A DNA stretch of 64,000 nucleotides, taken from contig JAWKNA010000011.1 in NCBI GenBank assembly GCA_041391925.1, positions 25,719 to 89,718 on the forward strand, in the 5' to 3' direction. The notes below the pieces were generated by a model that saw only the letters and a list, made by a program, of their open reading frames with translations, did not search any database and was not told the DNA's origin. Numbering within the stretch: position 1 is the first letter of the stretch; each line of letters opens with the position of its first letter. Positions 50,259 to 62,765 of this stretch are shown here, in pieces. The position numbers and the translations under genes were made by a program. This stretch comes from Gelidibacter sp. (GTDB taxonomy: Bacteria; Bacteroidota; Bacteroidia; Flavobacteriales; Flavobacteriaceae).

Positions 50259-51644
50259 ATGAAAATTATTTCAAATTTAGCAAAGATTATACCATTGATT
50301 TCACTGGTATTTCTAATTTCATCTTGTAGCAATGATGACGACAACTCTGATCAACCACAACAATTAAACATTGTGGAAACTGCAATGGCGACACCATCTT
50401 TAAGTAGTTTGGTAGCAGCATTACAAGCAGCCGATGGTAATTTGGTAAATGTACTTAATGGAAGTGGACCATTTACAGTATTAGCTCCGACAAATGAGGC
50501 CTTTGCTGCATTTTTGACTGCCAATGGATTTAGTAGTTTAGATGAAGTGCCAACTGACCTCCTCTCTCAAATTTTGTTGAATCATGTAATTTCAGGAAAT
50601 CTTACTTCTTCAGATTTAGCAGCACTGGGTTCCGGTTATACTTCAACAAGTGCAACTGGTGCAGGTGGAAATCCCATGAGCATTTACTTTAATACATCAA
50701 GTGGTGTGCAACTTAATGGTATTTCTACTGTAACTACTGCAGATGTAATGGCATCCAATGGTACAGTCCATATTGTGGATGCTGTCATTGGCCTTCCTAA
50801 CTTGGTAACACATGCGACTGCCAATCCAAATCTTTCCAGTTTGGTTGGAGCTTTAACTGCTGGTGGTAATACAACTTTCACAGACCTGTTATCTGATACA
50901 GATACAGAATTTACTGTTTTTGCCCCAAACAATACTGCATTTAGTGCTTACACGAATCCTAATGGTTATGCTATCAATAATGTTCTTGCAAACCATGTAG
51001 TAGTGGGTGCAACTGCTACATCAGATGGATTGAGTAACAGCTATGTGACTACAGCTGCCACAAACAGTGATGGAGATGCTTTAAGTTTATACATTAATAC
51101 TGATGATGGTGTTATTTTAAATGGGACTTCCAATGTTGTGGTTGCAGATATCATTGCCACCAATGGCGTAATTCATGTGGTTGATGCCGTAATTGATTTG
51201 CCAACTGTCGTAACGTTCGCAGTAGCAAACCCAGCCTTGAGTAATTTGGTTGCTGCTTTGCAATCAGCAGATTCCCAATCGCCATCACCAAATCTTATTG
51301 GAACACTATCAGGAGCAGGTCCATTTACGGTTTTTGCACCGACTGACGATGCATTCAGTTCATTATTATTGGAATTGGATCCATCAGGCAATACAGGCTT
51401 GGGTGATGTTGATCCAGCTACTGTAGAAGATATTTTATTATATCACGTAGTCAGTGGAAATATAAGGTCAACAGATTTAATGTCAGGTTCCGTGGCAACT
51501 CTTGGTGGCTCTGTTACTTTAAATGCTTCAAGTTTAACACTGACAGATGCAAATGGAAGAGTAAGCAACATTATTCCTTCGCTGGTGGATATTCAAGGCA
51601 TCAACGGTGTAGTTCATGCAATTGACAAAGTTATTCTACCATAA
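50259..51644 (+). CDS. Fasciclin (FAS1) domain lipoprotein, three domains
   Basis: Lipobox ISSC; 3x FTV(L/F)AP(T/N)..AF and NG.(V/I)H.(V/I)D.VI. Confidence 0.92.
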   Translation: MKIISNLAKIIPLISLVFLISSCSNDDDNSDQPQQLNIVETAMATPSLSSLVAALQAADGNLVNVLNGSGPFTVLAPTNEAFAAFLTANGFSSLDEVPTDLLSQILLNHVISGNLTSSDLAALGSGYTSTSATGAGGNPMSIYFNTSSGVQLNGISTVTTADVMASNGTVHIVDAVIGLPNLVTHATANPNLSSLVGALTAGGNTTFTDLLSDTDTEFTVFAPNNTAFSAYTNPNGYAINNVLANHVVVGATATSDGLSNSYVTTAATNSDGDALSLYINTDDGVILNGTSNVVVADIIATNGVIHVVDAVIDLPTVVTFAVANPALSNLVAALQSADSQSPSPNLIGTLSGAGPFTVFAPTDDAFSSLLLELDPSGNTGLGDVDPATVEDILLYHVVSGNIRSTDLMSGSVATLGGSVTLNASSLTLTDANGRVSNIIPSLVDIQGINGVVHAIDKVILP

Positions 51645-51688
51645 TAATGAATGAAAAAGAAGAATATTAATAAAGATTGATTTTTAGC

Positions 51689-51721
51689 AAAAAAAGAGCC
51701 GCCAAATTTGGCGGCTCTTTT
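51689..51721. terminator. Bidirectional terminator between the fasciclin gene and yidC
   Basis: AAAAGAGCCGCCAA-AT-TTGGCGGCTCTTTT. Confidence 0.85.
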
Positions 51722-51741
51722 GATTTGCAATCTCGATGAAA

Positions 51742-53655
51742 TTATTTTTTACGTTTTTGCTGTGCTTGTTTCTGTTGCTCGGCTTGCTCCATCATTTCCT
51801 GCATTTTTCTTTGAAACTTGTTCTGCTTTTTGGGTTTTGCTTTGTTCACTTGAATCTGCGCATGGATTTTTTCTTCATCCAAGATGTAATTCTTGATGAC
51901 CAACATGATACCGATACTGATTAAGTTGGAAATAAAATAGTACAAACTCAACCCTGATGCGTATTGGTTGAAGAAAATCAACATCAGTAAAGGTGAAAAA
52001 TAAATCATGTACTTCATCATCTTGCTCATGTCTGGCATACCTTCTTGTGTAGGCTGTGATGCCACTTGATCACCCGTGGTCATTTTCATATAAAAGAAGA
52101 TAGCAATGGCAGCCAATATAGGGAACAAACTTACGTGGTCACCATATAAAGGAATTTTGAAAGGTAATTTTGCAATGACATCGTAAGACGATAAATCATC
52201 AGCCCACAGGAAGCTTTTCTGTCTTAAATCAAACGCCGTTGGGAAAAACATAAACAAAGCATAAAACACAGGAATTTGCATCAGCCCTGGCAAACAACCA
52301 CTCAACGGACTAGCGCCAGCCTTATTCTGCAAAGCCATTGTTTCTTGCTGAGCTTTTAATTTGTTGTCTTTGTATTTGGCCCGAATGGCATCCAATTCAG
52401 GTTTTAGGACACGCATTTTTGCCTGAGAAAGGAATTGCTTATACTGCACAAAAGACAACAGTATTTTTATCAAAATAGTCATCACAATAATGGCAATTCC
52501 GTAAGGCATGATGCTACTCAAGAATCCAAATAATGGGATAAACAAATTCTTGTTAATCCATCCGAAAATTCCCCAACCAAGTGGAATACTTCGTTCCAAG
52601 TGATAGCCTTCGTATTTTTTAAGGACTTTGCTATCGGTAGGTCCGAAGTAAAATTTCATCGGCTCATTGATTTCCCCACCTGCTACACTTAAAGGTATTT
52701 TTGAAGTATATTGTTTGGTGAACATCGTATCAACATCTGCATTCTCCACTAAATCTTTTGAAGTAAATTGAGCACTCTTGAATGGTTTTTCCGCAACTAA
52801 AATGGAGCTAAAAAAATGTTGCCTATAGGATAGCCAATTGACATCGGTTTCCGTTTCTTCATCTTGTTTTCCCTGGGATAACTTATCAATTTTATCGCCA
52901 TTATCGTGCTGATAGGTTAAACGTGTATACCGATTTTCGTAGCTAATACTTTGGTCGTGGCGGAAGGTTTTCATCTTCCAATCCAATTCAATCTCTTTGG
53001 AGGTGTTGATAACATCATTCAGCCCTTGTGAGCGGATAGTGAAATTCAGCATGTAATTATCAGGCTGAATCTCGTAGCGATATTCCAAAAATTCAGTTTC
53101 AGATACTTTCAGCTTCATGGAAACTATGGTATTGCTACCATTTTTAGTGACATTCGGTTGAAAATATAAGTCTTGGGTATTTAAGGTTCGATTGTCAGTA
53201 GTGCCAAACGTAATGTTGAATGCCGAATTCTTGTCCTTAATCAAATAGATAGGTATGGAATCATAATTGACATAATTGTTTAACATCACTTCAGAAAGAA
53301 ATCCTCCTTTGTTGCTGAATTTTAATGTCAAAAAGTCTGTTTTGACCTCAGTTGTTTCATCTTTTGCAGACGATAATGTGGAAGCGTATGCAAAAGCTCC
53401 CAGCTTATTTTTTAGTGCTGCCAGTTTTGTAGAATCTGAAGATGTTTGGTTAGAGAAATCTTCTGACGTAGCCTGAAATGTGTCTTGATTTTGTCGTTCT
53501 TTGTCTTTCTGTTCCTTGGCTAACTTTTCCTGTTTCGCTTTTTCGGCAGCTTGTTCCTCTGGTGTTGGCTGGTTTTTCCAAAGCATGAACAATAATATTC
53601 CAAAAATGAGGACAAATCCTATGATGGAGTTAAGGTCTAATTTTTTTTCTTCCAT
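51742..53655 (-). CDS. yidC: Membrane protein insertase YidC
   Basis: YGIAIIVMTILIK, GCLPGLMQIPVF, FLWADDLS, SGLSLYY. Confidence 0.96.
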   Translation of the reverse strand: MEEKKLDLNSIIGFVLIFGILLFMLWKNQPTPEEQAAEKAKQEKLAKEQKDKERQNQDTFQATSEDFSNQTSSDSTKLAALKNKLGAFAYASTLSSAKDETTEVKTDFLTLKFSNKGGFLSEVMLNNYVNYDSIPIYLIKDKNSAFNITFGTTDNRTLNTQDLYFQPNVTKNGSNTIVSMKLKVSETEFLEYRYEIQPDNYMLNFTIRSQGLNDVINTSKEIELDWKMKTFRHDQSISYENRYTRLTYQHDNGDKIDKLSQGKQDEETETDVNWLSYRQHFFSSILVAEKPFKSAQFTSKDLVENADVDTMFTKQYTSKIPLSVAGGEINEPMKFYFGPTDSKVLKKYEGYHLERSIPLGWGIFGWINKNLFIPLFGFLSSIMPYGIAIIVMTILIKILLSFVQYKQFLSQAKMRVLKPELDAIRAKYKDNKLKAQQETMALQNKAGASPLSGCLPGLMQIPVFYALFMFFPTAFDLRQKSFLWADDLSSYDVIAKLPFKIPLYGDHVSLFPILAAIAIFFYMKMTTGDQVASQPTQEGMPDMSKMMKYMIYFSPLLMLIFFNQYASGLSLYYFISNLISIGIMLVIKNYILDEEKIHAQIQVNKAKPKKQNKFQRKMQEMMEQAEQQKQAQQKRKK

Positions 53656-53750
53656 GTTTATAGATGTCTCCTCCTATTTGAAGCAGGAGATACTGGTAGT
53701 TAATTAATAAATTCTTGTTTTGCTGCTTTTGGTTATCAAAAAGCTATCCG

Positions 53751-55403
<1,653 letters not shown>

Positions 55404-55537
55404 TTAAACGCAGGCAAATTTACAAAATTTATACAGAGTATTCGGTAATTGTTTTTAGTTATTTTACGAGTGATGATTACCTGAATTACTTTGGTGAATG
55501 GCTTAATTTTGGTAAATTTAATTTCAATATAAAAATC

Positions 55538-56020
55538 ATGAAATCACAATCCACAGAACTCTCCACCCGTTTCAGAGAAGTCATTTTAGATGGCAAATGG
55601 ATTGCCAACACTAATTTTAAAGACCAGCTTTCAGCTGTTTCCTGGGAACAAGCAACTACCAAAGTTGGCAATTTAAATTCTATCGCTGTGCTGACGTTTC
55701 ATATACATTATTACATTGCTGGTGTACTAAAGGTCCTGCAAGGTGGCACACTTGACATTAGCGACAAATTTAGCTTTGACATGCAACCAATAATTTCACA
55801 GGATGAATGGGAATCATTGCAAAATCAACTGTGGAAGGACGCCGAACGGTTTTCGGAACTAGTTGCAGAATTACCCGATGATAAATTAAATGGCGTATTT
55901 GTAGAAGAAACATACGGAACCTATCTCCGAAATATCGATGGGATGATTGAGCATGCCTATTATCATCTGGGACAGATTGTCTTAATCAAAAAATTATTGC
56001 TAGAAAAAAGTTCTATTTAG
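55538..56020 (+). CDS. DinB/DUF1572 family protein
   Basis: NSIAVLTFHI, EHAYYHLGQI; ATG 55538 preferred over 55379. Confidence 0.82.
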   Translation: MKSQSTELSTRFREVILDGKWIANTNFKDQLSAVSWEQATTKVGNLNSIAVLTFHIHYYIAGVLKVLQGGTLDISDKFSFDMQPIISQDEWESLQNQLWKDAERFSELVAELPDDKLNGVFVEETYGTYLRNIDGMIEHAYYHLGQIVLIKKLLLEKSSI

Positions 56021-56243
56021 GATAACGCTTTTTAACTTCATACACTAATTCCTCCAGACCATTCAGTTTTATTTCATACATCTGCTGCATCATGATGCCC
56101 AATTGCCCTTTTGGAAAACCTTTGCCTTGGTACCAGACATAGTAATATTCTGGAATATCGATAAGGTAATTGTCTTTATATTTGCCAAATGGCATTTTAA
56201 AGTTTGCCAGCTTTATCAGAAACTCTTTATCGGGCTCAAGCAT
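56013..56243 (-). CDS. DUF3820 family protein
   Basis: MPFGKYK...LIDIPEYY..W...KGFPKG. Confidence 0.85.
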   Translation of the reverse strand: MLEPDKEFLIKLANFKMPFGKYKDNYLIDIPEYYYVWYQGKGFPKGQLGIMMQQMYEIKLNGLEELVYEVKKRYPK

Positions 56244-56792
56244 TCAGTCTTTTGATTTGTATGCTTCCAATTTAGCAAGTTCTTGCTTCACGTAGATATT
56301 CCATTTTACTTGAAACTCCCTGTTCACTGAATTGTCACTTTCTTTGTCATAACGATTTTGTGTAGCTGCCAATTCCTTGTTGATTTTTTCGTGAAGATTA
56401 CGAAGCTGGAACTTAATATTATCATTCACTTTTAGATATGAAATTTGCTTTCTGAACTTTCGCGCATAAAGTTCTGTAATATCAAAATGCAATTGTTCGT
56501 GCGCTAAGATGTGGTCATCACCTTCTTCCTTGATGTACCAGGATTTATTCGGATAAAAATGCGCAAAAACTTTTGTATCAAAACCCACCACATGTGTGTC
56601 GGTTTCTTTCACTGAAAATTCAAAGGTGATGCCGGAAGCTGTTACGGCAACCGCAGACAAATCAGTTCTTGGTGTTCCCTTGAATTGACTCCAACTCAAT
56701 TTGATAGTGTCGCGCCAAGAAATGACCTCATCATTGATAGGTGTAACCATCAAGAATGAAACACAAATAGCAATGAGACTTTTATAAAACAT
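56244..56792 (-). CDS. DUF922 family putative zinc protease
   Basis: LSWSQFKG, LAHEQLHFDI (HExxH). Confidence 0.8.
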   Translation of the reverse strand: MFYKSLIAICVSFLMVTPINDEVISWRDTIKLSWSQFKGTPRTDLSAVAVTASGITFEFSVKETDTHVVGFDTKVFAHFYPNKSWYIKEEGDDHILAHEQLHFDITELYARKFRKQISYLKVNDNIKFQLRNLHEKINKELAATQNRYDKESDNSVNREFQVKWNIYVKQELAKLEAYKSKD

Positions 56793-57193
56793 TAGTGCCA
56801 ATTAAAAACAATTTCCCTTTCGATATCGGGATGCAGACTGTAATGGACTGGACAGGTATTTGCGGTTCGCTCTAAAATAGTGCGTGATTTGTCATCCACT
56901 TTAAAGGGCAACTCAAAAATGACTTCAATTCTGGAAATCCGTCTTGGGTCAGCGGCCATAATTTTATTCACAGAGGCTGTAGTGCCCTTCATATCAATGC
57001 CAATATCTCGTGCCTTGATACCCATAACGGTCATCATACACGTCGCCAAACCAGTCGCAACCGTATCTGTAGGAGAGAACGCTTCCCCTTTGCCATTATT
57101 GTCCAATGGTGCATCGGTAATAAAGGTATTGCCTGATTGTAAATGGGTACACTCAGTGCGTAAATCTCCAAGATAGGTTACTTTTGAGGTCAT
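56792..57193 (-). CDS. OsmC family protein
   Basis: TDAPLDNNGKGEAFSPTD, ATCM, TCPV. Confidence 0.9.
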   Translation of the reverse strand: MTSKVTYLGDLRTECTHLQSGNTFITDAPLDNNGKGEAFSPTDTVATGLATCMMTVMGIKARDIGIDMKGTTASVNKIMAADPRRISRIEVIFELPFKVDDKSRTILERTANTCPVHYSLHPDIEREIVFNWH

Positions 57194-59103
57194 CGTTTTG
57201 CTTCTTCTATGGTCAACTCTGGTGTGTATTGCAAGATATAGACCGATTCGTTATAATAGCCACCAGAGAGTTGTTTTGCGTATCGGAATTTATTCTCGAT
57301 ATATTCGGTTTCAACATCATTAGAAGAGGCTTGGTACAAATCTTCATTTGATGCCAATCGCAATAAGACATCCAAGGTCAAATCAAAGCCACGAACCGCA
57401 TATTTGTTGGGGTCGATGCCATATTCTTTTTTGTACAACTTCACAAAACCGTTTGGTTTATCAGAATTTAATGGTTTGTTCACCGATGGGTAATGAAATT
57501 TTAAATTGCTCAAATGAAAATTGGATAGATGCTCGTAATCGAAGGCATCTCCTTTATTGGTTGTTACCAAAATCAATTCTTTTTCTTTTGTGGTCATACT
57601 ATTGAGCGAACTCAGCACATTTAGCACCAAACCAGCATTATTAGTTTCCAAAAAGACATAATTCTTTCCACTTTTAAAGGCTGCTGTCAAATCGGATGCA
57701 CTGACATAAAACGCTTCCTTACCTTCCTTATTTTTCTTTGAAAAGACTTGTGTTGCACTTGGTATTTCAGACTTAATGTGATTGCTAATGTTCCTGCTTG
57801 CTGTATCTGAAACGACCACCACATTGCTACGAAGCGAATCCGATTTTACATAGTTAATCATCGCATTTTCCAAATAACTATCAGACGGAATGGTTTGAAA
57901 TACGTTTTCATAAAGATTGATTGGTTTCATCAAGGGAGAGACTACAGGAATATTATCGCGTCTTAGTTCTGAGGCTATTCTATCAAAATGAGTAGCCAAA
58001 ATAGGTCCTATGACAGCATCGTAATCTGAAAAGTCATTTTTTGATAGAATATTTGATATTTCAGCCGTTTGATTTTGTGTGTCAAAAACTTTCAAATTAG
58101 TGGAAATACCCAATTGTCTGGCGGAATCCAAAGCCATTTTCACTCCAGAATAAAAATCGAGCGTCACAGAAATCAATCTGTCTTTTTTCATGATATCCTT
58201 TGCTTCCTGTACAGAATCAACATCAATCCTGTCCAATCTAAATGGCAGTAGCATGGCAATGCGTTTCGTTTTTAGATTTTTGAGTGATTTGGTAAGGTTG
58301 CTACTTTCAACCTCTCCCTCAACCGTCCCTACAGTCACGTTGCCTGGAACTTTTAAGACCATGCCTTCCTTGAGACCCGATTCTTTCAATTCTGGGTTTA
58401 AGCCTTCCAATTGTTCTTGGGTTAAGCCTAGTTTCACTTTCAGACGATAAAACCCTTCTTTTGGCAATACTTCATAATAGTTATAATTGGCATCTGTCAC
58501 TTTCTCTTGATTGGTTTCCAGATTGGGCACATTGACTTCTTCACCAGGTTGTAATACCTCTGGCATGTTTGGGTTCAATGCTTCAAGTTCTGGAACTGTC
58601 AATCCAAATTTGTATGCGATGCGCCATTTGCCTTCTTTTGGTTGAACTTTATATGTCTTTACAGCATTGGTTGGAGTGGTTTTGTTAATAACTGTTTTAT
58701 ACCTTGGAATCCGTATTTTATCTCCTTTTTTAAGGTTTTCTGAATACAATTGTTTGTTGTGTTCTTTAATATCCGCAATCTCCACGTGATATTCTTTGGC
58801 GATACTGTAAAGCGTTTCCTTGCGTTTTACCTTATGGGTATCATAACCATTCAATTCCCTGATTTCTGTTGGCACATCTTTAGAAAACGAGCCAGCTTTT
58901 GGCAGAATCAAGACATCGTCGATATTCAATTTTTTCTTTGCGTCGGGATTCAGGGTGTAAATATCGGAAATAGTCACTTGGTATTGGCGAGCAATACTTT
59001 CCACAGTGTCGCCTTGCTTTACCTTATGTGTCCTGTAATTTTGCGAAAATGCAAGACTTTGGCAAGATAGAATTATGATGATGATTAGAAGACGTTTTTT
59101 CAT
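57190..59103 (-). CDS. LysM-repeat protein with a C-terminal periplasmic-binding-protein type 1 domain
   Basis: Four LysM-like units (HKVKQGDT, HKVKRKET, YKVQPKEG, YEVLPKEG); IAMLLPF, DAVIGP. Confidence 0.88.
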   Translation of the reverse strand: MKKRLLIIIIILSCQSLAFSQNYRTHKVKQGDTVESIARQYQVTISDIYTLNPDAKKKLNIDDVLILPKAGSFSKDVPTEIRELNGYDTHKVKRKETLYSIAKEYHVEIADIKEHNKQLYSENLKKGDKIRIPRYKTVINKTTPTNAVKTYKVQPKEGKWRIAYKFGLTVPELEALNPNMPEVLQPGEEVNVPNLETNQEKVTDANYNYYEVLPKEGFYRLKVKLGLTQEQLEGLNPELKESGLKEGMVLKVPGNVTVGTVEGEVESSNLTKSLKNLKTKRIAMLLPFRLDRIDVDSVQEAKDIMKKDRLISVTLDFYSGVKMALDSARQLGISTNLKVFDTQNQTAEISNILSKNDFSDYDAVIGPILATHFDRIASELRRDNIPVVSPLMKPINLYENVFQTIPSDSYLENAMINYVKSDSLRSNVVVVSDTASRNISNHIKSEIPSATQVFSKKNKEGKEAFYVSASDLTAAFKSGKNYVFLETNNAGLVLNVLSSLNSMTTKEKELILVTTNKGDAFDYEHLSNFHLSNLKFHYPSVNKPLNSDKPNGFVKLYKKEYGIDPNKYAVRGFDLTLDVLLRLASNEDLYQASSNDVETEYIENKFRYAKQLSGGYYNESVYILQYTPELTIEEAKR

Positions 59104-59156
59104 AGATTAATTGTTGTTGTCTCACAGCTGACTGTTAGTGCCAACTGCTTACTTTT

Positions 59157-60692
59157 TCATTCCCATTCAATGGTTGCAGGCGGTTTTGAGCTTATGTCAT
59201 ACACTACTCTATTAACGCCTTTTACTTTATTTATTATTTCGTTTGAGGTTTTTTGCAAAAACTCATAAGGTAAATTGACCCAATCTGCGGTCATTCCGTC
59301 GGTGCTTTCCACGGCACGCAATGCCACACATTTTTCGTAGGTTCGCTCATCGCCCATCACTCCTACACTGTTCACAGGCAATAAGATGGCGCCTGCCTGC
59401 CATACTTTATCATACAGATTCCATTCTCGTAAGTTATTGATAAAGACTGCATCTACCTCCTGTAAGATACGAACTTTTTCGGCTGTAATGTCACCTAAAA
59501 TTCGAATTGCCAATCCAGGTCCTGGAAATGGATGTCTTCCCAATAAATTCGAGTCCATTCCCATGGTGGCTCCTACTCTACGCACCTCATCCTTAAACAA
59601 GGCTTTCAAAGGTTCCACAATTTTAAGTTTCATGAAATCTGGTAAACCTCCAACATTATGATGACTTTTGATGGTCGCACTCGGACCGCCTGTTGCCGAC
59701 ACACTTTCTATCACATCTGGATAAATAGTGCCTTGCGCCAACCACTTGACGTCCTTGATTTGGTGTGCTTCATCATCAAATACTTCAATGAACACACGAC
59801 CTATCGCTTTTCGTTTGAGTTCTGGGTCGTTCAGTCCAGCCAATGCATCCAAAAAACGTGCCGAAGCGTCCACGCCTTTTACATTGAGTCCCATGCCCTC
59901 ATATTGCGCAAGGACACTTTCAAATTCGTTTTTGCGTAACAAACCATTGTTGACAAAAATGCAATAGAGGTTTTTCCCAATGGCTTTGTGCAACAAAATA
60001 GCAGCCACAGACGAATCCACGCCTCCCGAAAGACCAAGAACGACTTTATCACTTCCAACTTTTTCTTGTAATGCTTCCACCGTTTCTTCCACAAAAGACT
60101 GTGGTGTCCAGTCCTGATTGACTTTTGCAATGTGCACCAAGAAATTCTCCAGCAGTTGTTTCCCATCTGTGGAATGATAGACTTCTGGATGGAATTGAAT
60201 TCCATACGTCATTTCGCCTTCAATGGCATAGGCCGCATTTTCAACGTCCTTTGTACTGGCAATTAAAATGCCATTGGTTGGCAATTTCTTAATCGTATCG
60301 CTGTGGCTCATCCATACTTGGCTTCCGGCATCAATATGATTGAACAATGGTTCTTTCACCTTAATGTAAGATAAATTGGCCCTACCATATTCTCTCGTAT
60401 TGGAAGCCTCCACTTTTCCGCCAGAAAAATGTGCCAAATATTGTGCACCATAACAGACCGCCAACAACGGTTTTTTACCTCGGATGTTTGACAAATCAGG
60501 ATGTGGTGAATTCTCGGCACGAACCGAAAATGGACTTCCTGATAAAATGACGGCTTTAAAACTGTCGGTTTCGGTTGGGATTTTGTTGTATGGATGAATT
60601 TCGCAATAAATGTTGAGTTCTCGGACTCTTCGGGCAATCAATTGTGTGTATTGCGACCCGAAATCTAAAATTAGGACTTTGTTGTGTTGCAT
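59157..60692 (-). CDS. guaA: GMP synthase (glutamine-hydrolysing)
   Basis: [38 protein letters not shown]. Confidence 0.98.
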   Translation of the reverse strand: MQHNKVLILDFGSQYTQLIARRVRELNIYCEIHPYNKIPTETDSFKAVILSGSPFSVRAENSPHPDLSNIRGKKPLLAVCYGAQYLAHFSGGKVEASNTREYGRANLSYIKVKEPLFNHIDAGSQVWMSHSDTIKKLPTNGILIASTKDVENAAYAIEGEMTYGIQFHPEVYHSTDGKQLLENFLVHIAKVNQDWTPQSFVEETVEALQEKVGSDKVVLGLSGGVDSSVAAILLHKAIGKNLYCIFVNNGLLRKNEFESVLAQYEGMGLNVKGVDASARFLDALAGLNDPELKRKAIGRVFIEVFDDEAHQIKDVKWLAQGTIYPDVIESVSATGGPSATIKSHHNVGGLPDFMKLKIVEPLKALFKDEVRRVGATMGMDSNLLGRHPFPGPGLAIRILGDITAEKVRILQEVDAVFINNLREWNLYDKVWQAGAILLPVNSVGVMGDERTYEKCVALRAVESTDGMTADWVNLPYEFLQKTSNEIINKVKGVNRVVYDISSKPPATIEWE

Positions 60693-60881
60693 GTGCAAAA
60701 ATAAGGATTGATTTTTTATTGGCTGTTTTCAGTTTACACTTTTTTGAATATTTTTTAGCCAATCAAAACCTTCCGGACAAGTAATTTTGAGCCTGTACCC
60801 CTTTTGTCCTACCTAAATTTTTATAACTCTAATTTTTAACAATATCTTTATAAGACAGTACACTATTTTTAATCAACCATA

Positions 60882-62744
60882 ATGAAATACTTGAGTATAT
60901 TTTTCTTTTGTATGTTTTGTGTCAATCTTCATTCACAAAATACAGAATTAATCGACAGTTTAAAGACCGAATTAAAGAGAACCCACCGTGATGATTCCAT
61001 TAAAGTTGCCATTTTAAGCACCCTTCATGAGAAACTTATGTTTTCCAATCCTGATGAAGCGTTAGGGTATGCACATGAAGAGCTGAAGGTCTCAAAAAAA
61101 ATAGATTTTAAAAAAGGAATCGGCAGTGGGAATATGCATATCGGCAATTATTTCAGCAACAGAAATGAAAATGATTCTGCCCTGTATTATTATTATTTGG
61201 CTAAAAAACAATTTAAGGAAATCCATAGCACTAGAGGTCTTATATTCATAAACCATTCATTGTCCAGTATTTTAGCCGCAAAAGGCGACTTACGTAAAGC
61301 TATTGCAGTTACTGAAGAAACGCTGGACTTAATTAAAACACACGAACCTGAAGGTGATTTAAAAACCAAATTCATTGGCGGAGAACACACTGCGCTGGCC
61401 AATATCTATATCGAAAAAGGAAGCTACAAACTGGCATTGATTGAGGCATTCAAAGCTTTAAAATGTTTTAATGCGATACACCATCAATCTAGAACAGCGG
61501 ATGTTCTAAAACAAATAGGAGATATTGAGTCCGGTTTGGAAAATTATGATAATGCCATCTCGTACTTCAAGCAAGCCATCGAAATTTATAATCAACTTGG
61601 TGATAAAATCTATTTGGCCTATGCCTATAATTCGCTTGGAATAAGCTATCAGGATTTAAAGGATTATAAAAACGCCCGAATCTCCTATAATTTGGCCAAA
61701 GATTACGCAACGGACGTTGGCGATAAATTATCTCTATCCAATGTCCTGCACGATTTGGCCGAATTGGAAATAAAAGATAAAAATTATCCAAAAGCGAAAC
61801 AGTTGTTAAACGAAGCTAAAACCCTAGCCGAAGAAGAGGATTTACAAATCAGTTTAGCCAACGTTTATGATGGATTGTCACAAATTGATTTTTACTCACA
61901 TAATTTGACAGAATCCCTGCATAAGAATGATATGGCTATTGAACTTTCAAAAAAAAATGGCCTATTGCCCCATTTACAAAATCTGTACAGTTTTAGGTCA
62001 GACATATTACAAAAGCTAAATCAACATGATGAAGCGATACACTATCTGAAAGCATCCCAAACCATCAAAGATAGCTTGTTTTCGAGCAAAAAAATCCAAC
62101 AAATAGAAGAACTAAAAACACTGTATGACATTGAGAAAAAAGAGCAGGAAATAAAAAACCAGAAAAACAAAATTGCCCTTTTGCAAGTAAAAGACAAAAT
62201 AAGCAAACAGCAACTTATGCTTTTGGGAGCAGGACTTTTGCTTGCCTTGATTGGGCTCTATGCCTTTTTTCAAAAAAGTAAACGACACAAACTGGAAAGA
62301 GAAAAGGCCGAAGTTGATTTAGAATATAAAACCAAGGAACTGACCATCCACGCATTGCATCTTGCAAAAAAGAACGAAGTATTGAACGATTTAAAACAAA
62401 AAGCCAAAGTCTTAAAAGCGGATGCCAATGCCGATCCCGGTTATCAAATGTTGATACAAACCATCAACTTTGATTTACAGGATGACAATAACTGGGAAAA
62501 ATTTTCTCGCTATTTTGAAGAAGTCCATAAAGATTTCAATACTAAAGCAAGGCAACAATTTCCAAACATTACCACCAATGATTTGCGTTTAATGGCGCTT
62601 CTCAAAATGAATCTTTCCTCTAAAGAAATTGCCAATATATTAAACATTTCCAGTGATGGGATTAAAAAAGCAAGACAGCGACTACGTAAAAAAATGGGCA
62701 TTGATTCCGATGAATCGTTGGAAGCTATTGTAATTTCAATTTAA
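60882..62744 (+). CDS. Membrane-anchored TPR sensor with a C-terminal LuxR-type HTH
   Basis: Signal peptide, TPRs, one TM helix, LSSKEIANILNISSDGIKKARQRLRKK. Confidence 0.85.
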   Translation: MKYLSIFFFCMFCVNLHSQNTELIDSLKTELKRTHRDDSIKVAILSTLHEKLMFSNPDEALGYAHEELKVSKKIDFKKGIGSGNMHIGNYFSNRNENDSALYYYYLAKKQFKEIHSTRGLIFINHSLSSILAAKGDLRKAIAVTEETLDLIKTHEPEGDLKTKFIGGEHTALANIYIEKGSYKLALIEAFKALKCFNAIHHQSRTADVLKQIGDIESGLENYDNAISYFKQAIEIYNQLGDKIYLAYAYNSLGISYQDLKDYKNARISYNLAKDYATDVGDKLSLSNVLHDLAELEIKDKNYPKAKQLLNEAKTLAEEEDLQISLANVYDGLSQIDFYSHNLTESLHKNDMAIELSKKNGLLPHLQNLYSFRSDILQKLNQHDEAIHYLKASQTIKDSLFSSKKIQQIEELKTLYDIEKKEQEIKNQKNKIALLQVKDKISKQQLMLLGAGLLLALIGLYAFFQKSKRHKLEREKAEVDLEYKTKELTIHALHLAKKNEVLNDLKQKAKVLKADANADPGYQMLIQTINFDLQDDNNWEKFSRYFEEVHKDFNTKARQQFPNITTNDLRLMALLKMNLSSKEIANILNISSDGIKKARQRLRKKMGIDSDESLEAIVISI

Positions 62745-62765
62745 AATTACATCACAAAACCTGCT

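Noticed and set aside
53666-53693. Imperfect palindrome between pyrG and yidC (TCTCCT...AGGAGA)
   Set aside because: Short, single copy in the window and without a U-tract; cannot be told apart from a degenerate REP or chance.
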